A stretch of 64,000 nucleotides of DNA from a bacterium (GTDB lineage: Bacteria; Electryoneota; Electryoneia; Electryoneales; Electryoneaceae): NCBI GenBank assembly GCA_963669175.1, contig OY769902.1:4800001-4864000 (forward strand), written 5' to 3'. The notes below the pieces were generated by a model. It had not been told where the DNA came from. It did no database searches and worked only from the letters and a program-made list of their open reading frames with translations. Position 1 is the stretch's first letter. Each line of letters starts with the position of its first letter. Positions 8,839-19,522 of the stretch are shown in pieces. Position numbers and translations under genes: made by a program.

Positions 8839-11800
8839 ATGCCAAAACAAAAACGAACCCACACACCGGTTACAGCCCTTGAACATGTCAAGGAGCTGAT
8901 ATTTGATTCAACCTCCCTGCACCAGTTATTTAAAGGATTGCAGCAGGACTCACGGGTCGAGTTTGTCCGTGCCCCCGGTTCACTGCCCGCATTTGTTGCG
9001 GCAGGGATTGTTGCCCGGCTAGGTCGCCAACTGCTTTATATAGCGCCGGATATCACAACCGCGGAGCAGATCCGTGATGACCTCCGCACCCTTGTTGATG
9101 AAGAAAATGTCGTTCTCCTCCCTGCCCGGTCAGCCATTCCCTACGATCCGCTTCATCAGAACCCACGTTTTGACGAACGTGCCGGCGCATTTGAAAGACT
9201 TGTCGCAGGTGATTACCAGATCATTATCACGATTGCCCAGGCGCTGGTAGAACGTGTTGAGAAGCTGACTGTTCACAAGGAGCGCCTGGTACGATTCACC
9301 GAAGGCGATGAGATTGACCGTGAAGCGCTGGCGCTTATCCTGACGGAAGCCGGCATGCACCGTGAGGTCCGTGCAGAAGAACCGGGGCAGTTTGCGCTAC
9401 GTGGTTCAGTCATTGATATCTATCCCCCATCCTCCGCCAACCCGGTCCGTCTTGACCTCTGGGGGGATGAAATAACCGACATTCGCTTTTACGATCCCGT
9501 AACCCAGCGTTCACTCGGCAAAACACCGGAGCTTGCTTTTTACGCCGGTGAACAACAAGCCGCAAAACGTGAGGTCGGACTCTGGGAACTGCTGAAGAAG
9601 AATACGGCTGTCTTTGTTGATGACCCGGATTTATTGGATACCAACCTGGATCGTTCCTGGGAAGAGATTGAATACCAGTTTGATCGTAGACGTGAGCTGG
9701 AAAAAGATGTTCGTACACCACGTCCCGACGAACTCTATATATCAACAGAAGAAGTAAAAAAAGCACTCTATGCACGTCCGGTCGCCATCCATCGCGGCCC
9801 TGCTGCGCCAACTGAGGGCGCGATCAACTTTGACGCGCGCAATCACGACACCTATCTCGGAGACCTTCAGCGTGTCATCCAGCACCTGAATCAGCAATCC
9901 ATTGACGGCTATAACAATGTCATCCTGTGCGACCGTGAGCACCAGGTCGAGCGCATGGAAGACATGCTGGAGGACCAGGGATATGACCTGTCCGGCGTGC
10001 GCCTGACCCTCGGCGCTCTGACCAGCGGTTTTGTCTGGCCGGACGCTCGTATCTCCGTTTTCACCGATCACCAGATATTCGGACGTCATAAACGAACCCG
10101 CCCCTACCGTCATCGTAAACATCGCACCGACCCAACAGCCTTTGAGAAACTTCAGAAAGGCGATTTCGTCGTACACACCGATTTTGGTGTGGGACGCTAT
10201 ATCGGGCTGAAGACCATCCAGGTGAAAGGGATGGAACGTGAAACGGTACAGATCGAGTACCGTGATGGCGTAAAAGTCTACGTTCGTCTTGATCAGTTCG
10301 ACCGTCTTCAGAAATACCAGGGCACTGAAAGCTCACCGCCCGTCTTGTCCAAGATCGGCGGCAAGGACTGGTCACGCGCGCGCAGCAAGGCGGAAGCGGC
10401 CGTTCTCGAAATGGCAAAGGAAATCGTTGAACTCTATGCCCGTAGAAAGGTTGAGGGCGGCAAAGCATTCAGCGATGACACTCGCTGGCAGCGTGAGATG
10501 GAAGCGGCGTTTGACTTCGAAGACACCCCGGACCAGGCGCGAGCCGCAGAAGAAATCAAACGTGATATGGAAAAACCGGTTGCCATGGATCGTCTACTTT
10601 GCGGGGATGTGGGATTCGGCAAAACTGAAGTCGCAATCCGTGCCGCCTTTAAAGCGGTTCAGGATTCGACACAGGTGGCTGTCCTGGTACCGACTACTAT
10701 CCTGGCACAGCAGCATTTTGAGACCTTCACTGAACGAATGCGAAGATATCCGATACGGATCGAAGTGTTGAGCCGCTTCCGTTCACGCAAAGAACAGAAA
10801 TCAACCCTGGAAGGTCTGATAACCGGAAAAGTTGACATTGTCATCGGCACTCATCGTCTGATCTCCAAAGATGTGGCCTTCAAAAACCTTGGACTTCTGA
10901 TTATTGATGAAGAGCATCGTTTCGGCGTCAAGCACAAGCAGCGAATCAAGCAGCTTCGAGCCACGGTAGATGTACTGACCATGTCCGCCACCCCGATTCC
11001 ACGCACCCTGCACAAAGCGTTGTCGGGCGCTAAAGACATGTCAATGATCTCCACACCGCCGCATGACCGTCTGCCAATCCAGACTGAAATCGCTCCTGCG
11101 GATGATCGCGTCATTCGTGAAGCAATCGTGCGAGAAATTGCACGTGGTGGCCAGGTGTATTTCCTGCATAACCGCGTTCAGACGATTGACGCTATTAAAA
11201 CTCAGATCAAGAAACTGGTGCCGGGAATCAAGGTTGGCATAGCACATGGCCAGATGCGGGAAGGGGAACTTGAAAAGGTCATGCACGAGTTCCTGATGGG
11301 TGAACACCAGGTTTTATTGTGTACCATGATCATCGAATCCGGGCTGGATATTCCCAATGTGAACACGCTGATTGTCAACCGTGCTGACAAATTGGGGCTG
11401 GCACAACTTTACCAGGTACGTGGACGAATTGGCCGCAGCCACAGGCAGGCATATGCATACATGTTGACTCCGCCACGCATGCTGCTGCAACCCGATGCAC
11501 GCAAGCGGCTGGAAACCCTTGCCGAAAACACACGTCTGGGCAGTGGCTTCCAGATCGCCATGCGCGACCTGGAAATCCGTGGAGCAGGCAACATCCTGGG
11601 CGCTCAGCAGAGCGGACATATCAATAGTGTCGGGTTCGAACTCTATACGGAAATGCTGGCGGATGCGGTGAAACAGCTTAGCGAGGAACGTGAAACCGAA
11701 TTACCGGCCCTCAAAGCCGGACCACATGTTAAAGATGTCAAGATCGATGTGAAAGTCGACGCGGTTCTGCCGGAAGATTATATCTCGGATGCGGTTGAAC

Positions 11801-12204
11801 GTGTTGAGCTGTATCGTCGTCTTAGTCATGCAGAAACTCGTAGCGAGATTCGTGAACTCAGGGAAGAACTGGTTGATCGTTTCGGTACTCTGCCACGCGC
11901 CGGCAACAACCTGCTGCATATGGTGGAAACACGTATTCTCGCAGCCGATGTCGGTGTCCTGAAAGTTGATATTTTCGACGATGCGGCATTCTTCCAGTTT
12001 GAGGACGATTGGGGTGGCGAGCATTTCCCGATCTACGTTGCACAGATTGCAGAATTGACCAATGATTATCCGCTGGAATTGAAAGGCGCCGGGGCGCTGG
12101 GGCTGAAGCTATCCCTTCAGGAGTGCAAAACCTGGGACGAACGCTGGACGCTTCTACAGGAACTCCTGGAAAGATTGCCGCAACCGAACACGCATGGCGA
12201 CTGA
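8839..12204 (+). CDS. mfd: Transcription-repair coupling factor
   Basis: UvrB-like N-terminus (PGQFALRGSVIDIYP), CarD/TRCF RID (GDFVVHTDFGVGRY), helicase motifs CGDVGFGKTEVA, DEEHRFG, MSATPIPRT, QLYQVRGRIGRS, DLEIRGAGNILG, and a C-terminal TRCF domain. Confidence 0.98.
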   Translation: MPKQKRTHTPVTALEHVKELIFDSTSLHQLFKGLQQDSRVEFVRAPGSLPAFVAAGIVARLGRQLLYIAPDITTAEQIRDDLRTLVDEENVVLLPARSAIPYDPLHQNPRFDERAGAFERLVAGDYQIIITIAQALVERVEKLTVHKERLVRFTEGDEIDREALALILTEAGMHREVRAEEPGQFALRGSVIDIYPPSSANPVRLDLWGDEITDIRFYDPVTQRSLGKTPELAFYAGEQQAAKREVGLWELLKKNTAVFVDDPDLLDTNLDRSWEEIEYQFDRRRELEKDVRTPRPDELYISTEEVKKALYARPVAIHRGPAAPTEGAINFDARNHDTYLGDLQRVIQHLNQQSIDGYNNVILCDREHQVERMEDMLEDQGYDLSGVRLTLGALTSGFVWPDARISVFTDHQIFGRHKRTRPYRHRKHRTDPTAFEKLQKGDFVVHTDFGVGRYIGLKTIQVKGMERETVQIEYRDGVKVYVRLDQFDRLQKYQGTESSPPVLSKIGGKDWSRARSKAEAAVLEMAKEIVELYARRKVEGGKAFSDDTRWQREMEAAFDFEDTPDQARAAEEIKRDMEKPVAMDRLLCGDVGFGKTEVAIRAAFKAVQDSTQVAVLVPTTILAQQHFETFTERMRRYPIRIEVLSRFRSRKEQKSTLEGLITGKVDIVIGTHRLISKDVAFKNLGLLIIDEEHRFGVKHKQRIKQLRATVDVLTMSATPIPRTLHKALSGAKDMSMISTPPHDRLPIQTEIAPADDRVIREAIVREIARGGQVYFLHNRVQTIDAIKTQIKKLVPGIKVGIAHGQMREGELEKVMHEFLMGEHQVLLCTMIIESGLDIPNVNTLIVNRADKLGLAQLYQVRGRIGRSHRQAYAYMLTPPRMLLQPDARKRLETLAENTRLGSGFQIAMRDLEIRGAGNILGAQQSGHINSVGFELYTEMLADAVKQLSEERETELPALKAGPHVKDVKIDVKVDAVLPEDYISDAVERVELYRRLSHAETRSEIRELREELVDRFGTLPRAGNNLLHMVETRILAADVGVLKVDIFDDAAFFQFEDDWGGEHFPIYVAQIAELTNDYPLELKGAGALGLKLSLQECKTWDERWTLLQELLERLPQPNTHGD

Positions 12205-12247
12205 GGATTGGATACACTGGTTTGATGAGATGTTTATCAGGATCAGT

Positions 12248-15200
12248 CTACTCCCCGACAATCATCCGAACCTGTTCCCGCAAGTCGCGCATTTTGAATG
12301 GTTTCAGGAGTAATCCGCTGACATTGAGGTCTTTAAAGCGGGCATTCATATCGATAGCGCCGTCGCCACTGATGATCAGTACCGGCAGAGTCTGGTTGAC
12401 TTTCCGAATTTCCTCGAGGACTTTTGGTGCATCGCCCTTAGGCATGTGGTTATCCAGCAGTAACAGGTCAAACCTGTTCGGATCAGCAGAGAAGATTCGG
12501 ATCGCTTCCTCTCCATTCAGCGCAGTTGTGATATCATATCCATCGACTTTCAGCATTCTGACAGCAACTTCCAGAACAGCCGTATCATCATCAACAATCA
12601 TGATATGGTTATTTTCGCTTGAAGATACAGTTACAACACTTGCCTTCTTTCTTTCTGCCTGGTCTGCCGCCCCGTTGGACATACCATTCTGTTTATCAAC
12701 AGGAAGACAGATCTGGAAAGTAGTGCCTTTTTGTAACTGGCTGATCACATTGATAGCGCCATGATGCGCATGGATAATCCCCATCATGGCCGACAGCCCC
12801 AACCCGCGTCCGGTAAATTTGGTGGTGAAGAAAGGTTCGAAAATTTTGGACAGGGTTTCTTCACTCATGCCACTTCCGGTGTCGGATACCTGCATACAGA
12901 TAAACTCACCCGGTTCCGCCTCATTTCCATTCGTCATTCCCAGCAGATCATGCGCAGAGAAGTTCTCAACAGTGGTGCTTACAGTAATGCTTCCTTCTTC
13001 CTCTCCGATAGCTTCAGCCGCATTCGTGATCAGGTTCAGCGTTACTTGTTGAAGTTGTGCTTTGTCAGCAGTGACTCTTGGCAAGTCTTCTTCCAGATTC
13101 ATGGTCACTTTGACATGTTTCGGAATAGATACCCGGATTAGTTGCAGCATTTCCCGCAGATGTTCTGAAATATCAACCGGTTCAATAACATATCGCCCTT
13201 GTCCGGAATAGGCGAGAAGCTGACGTGTCAGTTCAGCGGCTTTTTCACTGACCCGAACAATCGCTGAAAGAGATTTTTGTACAGAACTGTCCATTTGCGA
13301 AGCGCTCTTGGCAAGCTCTGCATTACCCATTATCGCCCCAAGCATGTTATTAAAATCGTGAGCGATACCACCAGCCAGCATCCCAACGCTTTCCAGTCGT
13401 TGCGCCTGAAGCATTTTTTCTGACGTTAATTTCTGTTCTGTGACATCTTCGGCAATGACTTCAATTTCCTGGTGGTCATTTTTTGTCTGAAGGATACGTC
13501 CGCCGAGACGAACAATGATTATTTCTCCATCCTGACGTTTCCATTCTGTTTCGACGCCTTCAAAGACACCAAAAGAACTGGAGGATTCCAGCAACTGTTT
13601 CCAATGCGCATTATCAACAAAAACATCATTTTCCAGCGAAAGTTTATTCAGATCCTCACGTTCTGCCAGTCCCAGCATCTCTACCAGGGCAATATTCCCT
13701 TCCAGTATTCTGCCGTGATTGTCCGCACGGAAAATACCAAGCACAGCTCGTTCAACCAGGTTCCGGTATTTATCCATGGCCTCACGCAATTCACGCGTTT
13801 TCACCATGACTTCTGACTGAAGCGACTGCGAGTACTTTCTTGTCGATATGTAATTGATCAGGAACAGGATGCCGCCAATGACACCTATTCCCATCAATAT
13901 CAAAAACCAGATCTGCAAATAGATGGGTCTGTTCACCTTGAAGGTATTTGATTTTACAGGTTGGCTGACACGTCCCCACGCATCTATGGCCTGTATCTCG
14001 AGATGGTATTTTCCACCACTTAAATTCGAGAAGTGCATATAGCGTGAATGCGGATCAACAGTGGAGGTTTTCGAAGAGCCGTGCTTTACCAGGGTAATCT
14101 CATAGAAAGGTTGTCTTTCATCCAGGAAGCTTATTGCCCTGTATTTGAACGACAGATCGAATTTGGCCGGTAGAACAATGGATTCATTCGGTGAATACAG
14201 TATCCCATTTGTTGTTATGGACAGGATTTGCACTTCGGGATCGGGGAATTCCCATGGATTGCGGTCATTATTTTCAAGGTATCGTGAAAGTCCAGAATTG
14301 GTTCCGATCCAAAGCAAGTCATTTTCATCAATGAATCCTGCCGCACGATTTACTTCCATACCGGCCAGGCCATTGTATACAGTGAAATGTACAACGTGTT
14401 CGCCGTCCCACCGGTAAACACCATTGTCGGTACCGATCCATAACCGGTCCAGATGATCACAAACCAGGAAGTAGACCGGGCGGTCTATCTGCGTATGGTT
14501 TATCCTGTAAGGCGCCAGGCTGTCACCCTGAACTTCAGCAAGCCCGGTAAGCGTACCAACCAGGATTTGGCCCGTTGTTTCATTTTTCGTTGCACAGTAT
14601 ACGGCGTTGAGATCAGGCGAGCTTGTGGACTGTATAAATCTGACTTGATCACCTGTTACCCAAATCAATCCTCCAGACAAGGTCGATAGCAACAGTTCAT
14701 CATCCTGTGTAACACTGATGTTTCTAATTGTTGTATCCTGGAGACGCGGATCAGGTACTATTCGATTATTTTTCAGCAAAGATAAACCACTTCCTGTCCC
14801 AATATAGATTTGCCCATGACTATCTTTACCAAGCGCATTCAGAGATCTGCATTCCGAACAGTTGATATACTCAATTCCGCCGTTGACATCGACTTTCGCC
14901 AGGCCAGCAATCGAGATTGCGGCCAGCAGATTGCCATCAGCATCAAACTCGAAATCCATTACTCGTGCATTAGAGAAATTCTGAATACTTTTGCTGAAAG
15001 TGACTCGTTTGAACGCATGCCCGGTGTTTATTGTTATCCCTGCATTATGACCGAAATACATGTTTCCCTGGCTATCCTGCGCGATAGCTGTTACCTCATC
15101 ATCGAGCAATCCATCCTGGGTAGAATAGTTCTGGAACCGCAGGCTGGGGATTCGGGTGGCGCCACGAACCGTAGCAAACCAATAGCCTCCTTCATGGTCC

Positions 15201-16162
15201 CTGCTTGCTCCAGTATAGCCTTGAGCGGCAAGACCGGAACTTGGACCCATTGCATGAAGACATCCATTCTGCAGGTATTGGTAGGAGATAAAGTTGTATC
15301 CGAAGAAAACACCGCCACCACCATCCGGCAGCATGGGGGGTATATTCCGAATCGGTTCCGCCGGGAAAGCAGGAATGGAGCGTAATACCTTGACCCTACT
15401 GCCATCCAGTTGCCCCACCCAGTCCTTGCCAAAGCTCCAGATACAAGGCTGACCGGCCTGACTGCTATCAATTGCCAGACCATAGATTGCTCTGGAAGAA
15501 CGGCCCGTAACAGCGTCCGGGTAGGTTATCAGTGTCCCTTCTTTCAGGCAGGCAAGACCTTGATCAGAACCTATCAGAAGGCTGTCACCGAGCGCCAGAA
15601 CGGCGTAAACTCTATCAGCGCCTGATTGCTTTTCACCGAAGGAAACCCACTCCCCATCCTGATAAATCAATAATCCAATCATTGGACTGGCAATGATAAC
15701 GGTTTGCTCACCATTCAGCTCGACAACCTGGAACTGGCTTACAACGATAGGTTCATCATATACAGGGTGGCGTTGCTCAAAAGAAAACAGTTTCCAACCT
15801 TCGCTGGTATGTTTGCAGACCTGAAGAACAGAATTAATTCCCCAGGCATTGCCTTCCTGATCAATCGTCAATCTGATAATGTTCTTTACCGGCATACGGT
15901 CAGGATACAGATAATGCTCCCATTCCAGGCCATCATATGAAGCTACAATGCCACGCGCTGAGAACCAGAGCAGACGTTCTTTATCCTGAACCACGCTCCA
16001 GATTTCGGTATTTGGCAGACCATCCAGCTCGGTATAGGTACGGGTGGGGTATTGAAAAGCGTAAACGGATTGCGCAAGGGCAGATATAGCCAGCCAGACG
16101 ACCAGCGCTCCCCCCCCAGACAACGAAATTGAACAATGGTTGAAGATCTTTTTTGTAAACAT
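12248..16162 (-). CDS. Hybrid sensor histidine kinase/response regulator with periplasmic Reg_prop beta-propellers, Y_Y_Y, TM, PAS, HisKA, HATPase and REC domains
   Basis: Repeats 'YTELDGLP', 'YSTQDGLL', 'LWIGTDNG'; H-box GGIAHDFNN; NLITNA, DTGSGM, FFTTKFTGRGLGL; C-terminal receiver (IVDDD, LLDNHMP, LKPF). Probable ATG at 16162 (ORF track start 16198). Confidence 0.93.
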   Translation of the reverse strand: MFTKKIFNHCSISLSGGGALVVWLAISALAQSVYAFQYPTRTYTELDGLPNTEIWSVVQDKERLLWFSARGIVASYDGLEWEHYLYPDRMPVKNIIRLTIDQEGNAWGINSVLQVCKHTSEGWKLFSFEQRHPVYDEPIVVSQFQVVELNGEQTVIIASPMIGLLIYQDGEWVSFGEKQSGADRVYAVLALGDSLLIGSDQGLACLKEGTLITYPDAVTGRSSRAIYGLAIDSSQAGQPCIWSFGKDWVGQLDGSRVKVLRSIPAFPAEPIRNIPPMLPDGGGGVFFGYNFISYQYLQNGCLHAMGPSSGLAAQGYTGASRDHEGGYWFATVRGATRIPSLRFQNYSTQDGLLDDEVTAIAQDSQGNMYFGHNAGITINTGHAFKRVTFSKSIQNFSNARVMDFEFDADGNLLAAISIAGLAKVDVNGGIEYINCSECRSLNALGKDSHGQIYIGTGSGLSLLKNNRIVPDPRLQDTTIRNISVTQDDELLLSTLSGGLIWVTGDQVRFIQSTSSPDLNAVYCATKNETTGQILVGTLTGLAEVQGDSLAPYRINHTQIDRPVYFLVCDHLDRLWIGTDNGVYRWDGEHVVHFTVYNGLAGMEVNRAAGFIDENDLLWIGTNSGLSRYLENNDRNPWEFPDPEVQILSITTNGILYSPNESIVLPAKFDLSFKYRAISFLDERQPFYEITLVKHGSSKTSTVDPHSRYMHFSNLSGGKYHLEIQAIDAWGRVSQPVKSNTFKVNRPIYLQIWFLILMGIGVIGGILFLINYISTRKYSQSLQSEVMVKTRELREAMDKYRNLVERAVLGIFRADNHGRILEGNIALVEMLGLAEREDLNKLSLENDVFVDNAHWKQLLESSSSFGVFEGVETEWKRQDGEIIIVRLGGRILQTKNDHQEIEVIAEDVTEQKLTSEKMLQAQRLESVGMLAGGIAHDFNNMLGAIMGNAELAKSASQMDSSVQKSLSAIVRVSEKAAELTRQLLAYSGQGRYVIEPVDISEHLREMLQLIRVSIPKHVKVTMNLEEDLPRVTADKAQLQQVTLNLITNAAEAIGEEEGSITVSTTVENFSAHDLLGMTNGNEAEPGEFICMQVSDTGSGMSEETLSKIFEPFFTTKFTGRGLGLSAMMGIIHAHHGAINVISQLQKGTTFQICLPVDKQNGMSNGAADQAERKKASVVTVSSSENNHIMIVDDDTAVLEVAVRMLKVDGYDITTALNGEEAIRIFSADPNRFDLLLLDNHMPKGDAPKVLEEIRKVNQTLPVLIISGDGAIDMNARFKDLNVSGLLLKPFKMRDLREQVRMIVGE

Positions 16163-16342
16163 GGTTCCTGATTGTAAAGCATTTATAACAAGATACAATT
16201 GCTTAATCTCACATTCATCTAAAAATATTATTCAGGACTCTCCAATGAGTATCTTTACTTATCAGCCATCTCTTTTCTTTCTCCGCGTCATAATCCCTAT
16301 ATTGGCGAACGGGAAAGAAACACACATCTCTGCGAGGTTGAT

Positions 16343-17293
16343 ATGGGTCGATACCGTGAACTGGACCTTTCTGGAGTTCGCACCTATTCTGCAACAGTAC
16401 GTCCTTCTAAAGTACAAACCAGGGAAGAAGCGATTCCACCACATGCCGGGATGACACTGAAGGAATTTCTCGATGGACTGCCTGATATCCTGAAAGCCCG
16501 GGATTTGAAGACAGTTGCCAAAGCGGTTGTGGAAGCTCGTTCACTTGGCAAGCCGGTCATCGTCATGCTGGGCGGCCATGTAATAAAAACAGGATGCGCT
16601 CCCGTTCTGGCCGATCTGGCTCGTCATGGCTTTATCACACATTTTGCCTCAAATGGCAGTGCAGCGATACATGATACTGAACTTGCCCGGTTCGGTCATA
16701 CCAGTGAAGATGTAGCCGCGCAACTTGAGGACGGCAGTTTTGGCATGGCCGCCGATACGGCTGCGTTGGTGAATGAAGCTGCAAAGCGTGCCGCAAAAAC
16801 TGATACAGGGTTCGGTGAGACCGTTGGCAGTATGTTACTTGAGGAAAACGCTCCCCACCTTGACCGCGCCTTGCTCGCAAGCTGCTACAAACTGGAGATT
16901 CCATACACCCTGCATGTTGCCCTTGGCACAGATATTGTCCATCAGCACCCTTCTGCCGATGGCGCTGCAATCGGAGCTGCAAGCCTGCGTGATTTCCGCA
17001 TCCTTGCCGCAACTGTGAGTACCCTGGGCCATGGCGGTGTGATCCTTAACCTGGGCAGCGCGGTTGTAATGCCGGAAGTTTTCCTGAAAGCTATCGCCGT
17101 TGCACGAAACCTGGGACATGATGTTACAGATTTTACTACAGCGAATTTTGACATGATCCAGCATTATCGTCCGACTGTAAATGTTGTGCAGCGTCCTGTC
17201 TTGCCCGGTGGCGCAGGCTACGCTATTACCGGACACCATGAGATCATGATACCACTGCTTGCAGCTACAATACTGGAATATGCGAAGCATTGA
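16343..17293 (+). CDS. Deoxyhypusine-synthase-like protein (GSU2086-type family)
   Basis: Motifs MLGGHVIKTG, NGSAAIHDTELA, DGSFGMA, HVALGTDIVHQHP, GSAVVMPEVFLKA, GHHEIMIPLL; GAGG RBS. Confidence 0.75.
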   Translation: MGRYRELDLSGVRTYSATVRPSKVQTREEAIPPHAGMTLKEFLDGLPDILKARDLKTVAKAVVEARSLGKPVIVMLGGHVIKTGCAPVLADLARHGFITHFASNGSAAIHDTELARFGHTSEDVAAQLEDGSFGMAADTAALVNEAAKRAAKTDTGFGETVGSMLLEENAPHLDRALLASCYKLEIPYTLHVALGTDIVHQHPSADGAAIGAASLRDFRILAATVSTLGHGGVILNLGSAVVMPEVFLKAIAVARNLGHDVTDFTTANFDMIQHYRPTVNVVQRPVLPGGAGYAITGHHEIMIPLLAATILEYAKH

Positions 17294-17299
17294 GCTTTC

Positions 17300-17632
17300 G
17301 GTTCCTCACAAGAATTTGTGCATCCGGGCAAAGTTGTGGCAGGTCTTGACGCGACATTCCGTTTTCGGCTTTCGCAATGTATTTCTGAATGCACGATGAT
17401 ACTGAAACCACCTCTCGTCCTGTTATTGTCGCGTTGTGACCTGCCACCAGTATCAGCACTCTCGCTGTCGTCAGGTCACAATGTGATGCCTGATGACGAT
17501 CTATCATGCGAAATAGCAGCTGTGAAGTCGGACAGGTGTCTGAAATTGCGGAGAAGAACAAGAAAAAGGCATCACGTCAAGACCTGACGAAACGTGCTCG
17601 TCGATAATATGCACAAATTCTTGTGAGCAGCC
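17300..17632. mobile_element. MITE copy 2 (333 bp) with perfect 8-bp target-site duplication
   Basis: Same TIRs as 8341-8663; flanked by GAGCTTTC at 17292-17299 and 17633-17640. Confidence 0.92.
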
Positions 17633-17751
17633 GAGCTTTCTGCGCATTTCCATTAGCTGATCTTGCTTTTTATCATTTCGTTTCAGAAGTTTCCTGAACC
17701 TTTTGACATACTTCGTCTTTTACCAGGAGCCATTCATTTTCGGGGTGAGAA

Positions 17752-19272
17752 ATGAAGATCCGCATACCTGCACTACTCTTTTCATTCGTCCTCATCGTAT
17801 GCTTTGTAGTAGCTGGCTGTGAAGAAGATGACGATTCTCCTGACAACATCATTACGCCAGAGACAACCTGGTCACTGGAACCGATCTCGCCGGCACAGAA
17901 TGAGTTGCAGACAACAATAACGCCATCACTATCATGGAGTTACACACCTGAAGATTCAAGTATACAGTATTGTTATCGTCTCTATTTCGGTACAAATGCC
18001 AACTCCTTTCCCATCTTTGCTGACAGCTTGCAATCCCCCTCTTATACCATTTCTTCGCCATTGGAATATGATACACAGTATTATTGGAAAATTGTGGTTT
18101 TGAATGCCGATGGTTCCAGGAATATGGGTGAATTATGGTATTTCCGCACTGTTACAAACCAGGCCCCCAGTGTGCCAGAACTGGTTTTGCCGGAGGATGG
18201 CGATCAAACCGTCTCGCCACCGATCAGGCTTTTCTGGCAAAGCGAAGACTTGGAGAATGACAGCCTTACCTACAAAGTACAACTTGGTTTTAATGATAAT
18301 CCGGATGATATGGAAACTGTAGCTGACCGCCTTGATGCGACTACAGTTTTACTGCGAGACATGTATCCCTTGACAACCTATTACTGGCGTGTTCTTGTCT
18401 CAGATACTTACGGTCATACGACAACGGGACCGATATGGACATTTCGTACCAGGAGTAACTCCCCTCCCGGCGCCGTGGTTCTGTATGAACCTGCGGATCT
18501 CAGCAGGTATACGGATCTGAGTATGACCTTCCAGTGGGATGGCACCGATCCTGACAGGGATTCACTGATCTACGATTTCTACTTCAGTGATCAGCAAAAT
18601 AACCTTACGCTTTTCCGTCCGGGATTGCTGGATACATTTGTGACCATAAACTCTCTTGAACCAAGGACAACCTATTTCTGGCAGGTTGTTGGCTATGATG
18701 GACTTGGCAGTTCTGTTTCAAGTGATATTTTTGAGTTTTCTACTACGTTTGACATGTTGTTCCCGCTCGCTGTCGGAAACCGTTGGGAATACCTTTCCGA
18801 TGATGAAGTAATGCTCCAATGGGAATGCCTCACAAGTATTAGCAACGACGGTTATACCTGGTATGATATTCACACCAATGACACCCTTCACCTCGGTCTG
18901 ACCAATAAGTCCAACGGAACCTATGAAATAGACCCGGCCTATTTTGGCCCGGATACGTTGAAGCAACTGAAATGGAAATATCCTGTTACTCCCGGTGATT
19001 CCTGGGCGTATAGAGATGAAACGGGACACATGTATACGATCACCTGTCTTGCTACCGACGATAATATTATTACCTATATCGGATCTTATGATAACTGCAT
19101 CTGCTACCAGATGGCCTCCAACAGCTCTTCCGAGAGATTCTATTACTGGATCAAACAGGGCGTAGGTATTGTGCGAATTCGCCATCATAACGACGTTTAT
19201 GATCTCTATTCCTTACGTCTCATGGATACTTCCGCAACCGGCAAGCATGCTTTCCCACCTGGCAGCGAATAG
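17752..19272 (+). CDS. Lipoprotein with three FN3-like modules and a C-terminal 'FPLAVGNRWEY' beta-rich domain
   Basis: Lipobox VVAGC. Three ~97-aa modules ending YYWKIV / YYWRVL / YFWQVV, each followed by a W/F-x-F-x-T motif. C-terminal domain ending 'WIKQGVGIVR'. Confidence 0.8.
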   Translation: MKIRIPALLFSFVLIVCFVVAGCEEDDDSPDNIITPETTWSLEPISPAQNELQTTITPSLSWSYTPEDSSIQYCYRLYFGTNANSFPIFADSLQSPSYTISSPLEYDTQYYWKIVVLNADGSRNMGELWYFRTVTNQAPSVPELVLPEDGDQTVSPPIRLFWQSEDLENDSLTYKVQLGFNDNPDDMETVADRLDATTVLLRDMYPLTTYYWRVLVSDTYGHTTTGPIWTFRTRSNSPPGAVVLYEPADLSRYTDLSMTFQWDGTDPDRDSLIYDFYFSDQQNNLTLFRPGLLDTFVTINSLEPRTTYFWQVVGYDGLGSSVSSDIFEFSTTFDMLFPLAVGNRWEYLSDDEVMLQWECLTSISNDGYTWYDIHTNDTLHLGLTNKSNGTYEIDPAYFGPDTLKQLKWKYPVTPGDSWAYRDETGHMYTITCLATDDNIITYIGSYDNCICYQMASNSSSERFYYWIKQGVGIVRIRHHNDVYDLYSLRLMDTSATGKHAFPPGSE

Positions 19273-19522
19273 ACTGATGCTCAGGAAAAGCTTATCAAGC
19301 GGACCGAATCACCGCTGACGCTCCAGGGGTATTTTTTCTCTACAGGTAATGCAACTCTTCTCCAGAAAACTGTACCATTCTTGCGTTAGACTGGCAGACC
19401 AATCATGTAGCGTTTCTCCTGAATTGACCGATACTGCGCCAAGCAGTGTCAATATGAGCACACCAGTGGCAATGGGCTTGTTGCGCTAACGTCAACACCT
19501 TGAGTAAAAGCAGGAGGATTGG

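Noticed and set aside
19380-19510. Possible structured leader or riboswitch before the membrane-protein gene
   Set aside because: Only one imperfect hairpin (ATTGAC..ACTGC/GCAGTGTCAAT) is visible and it matches no aptamer consensus I recognise.
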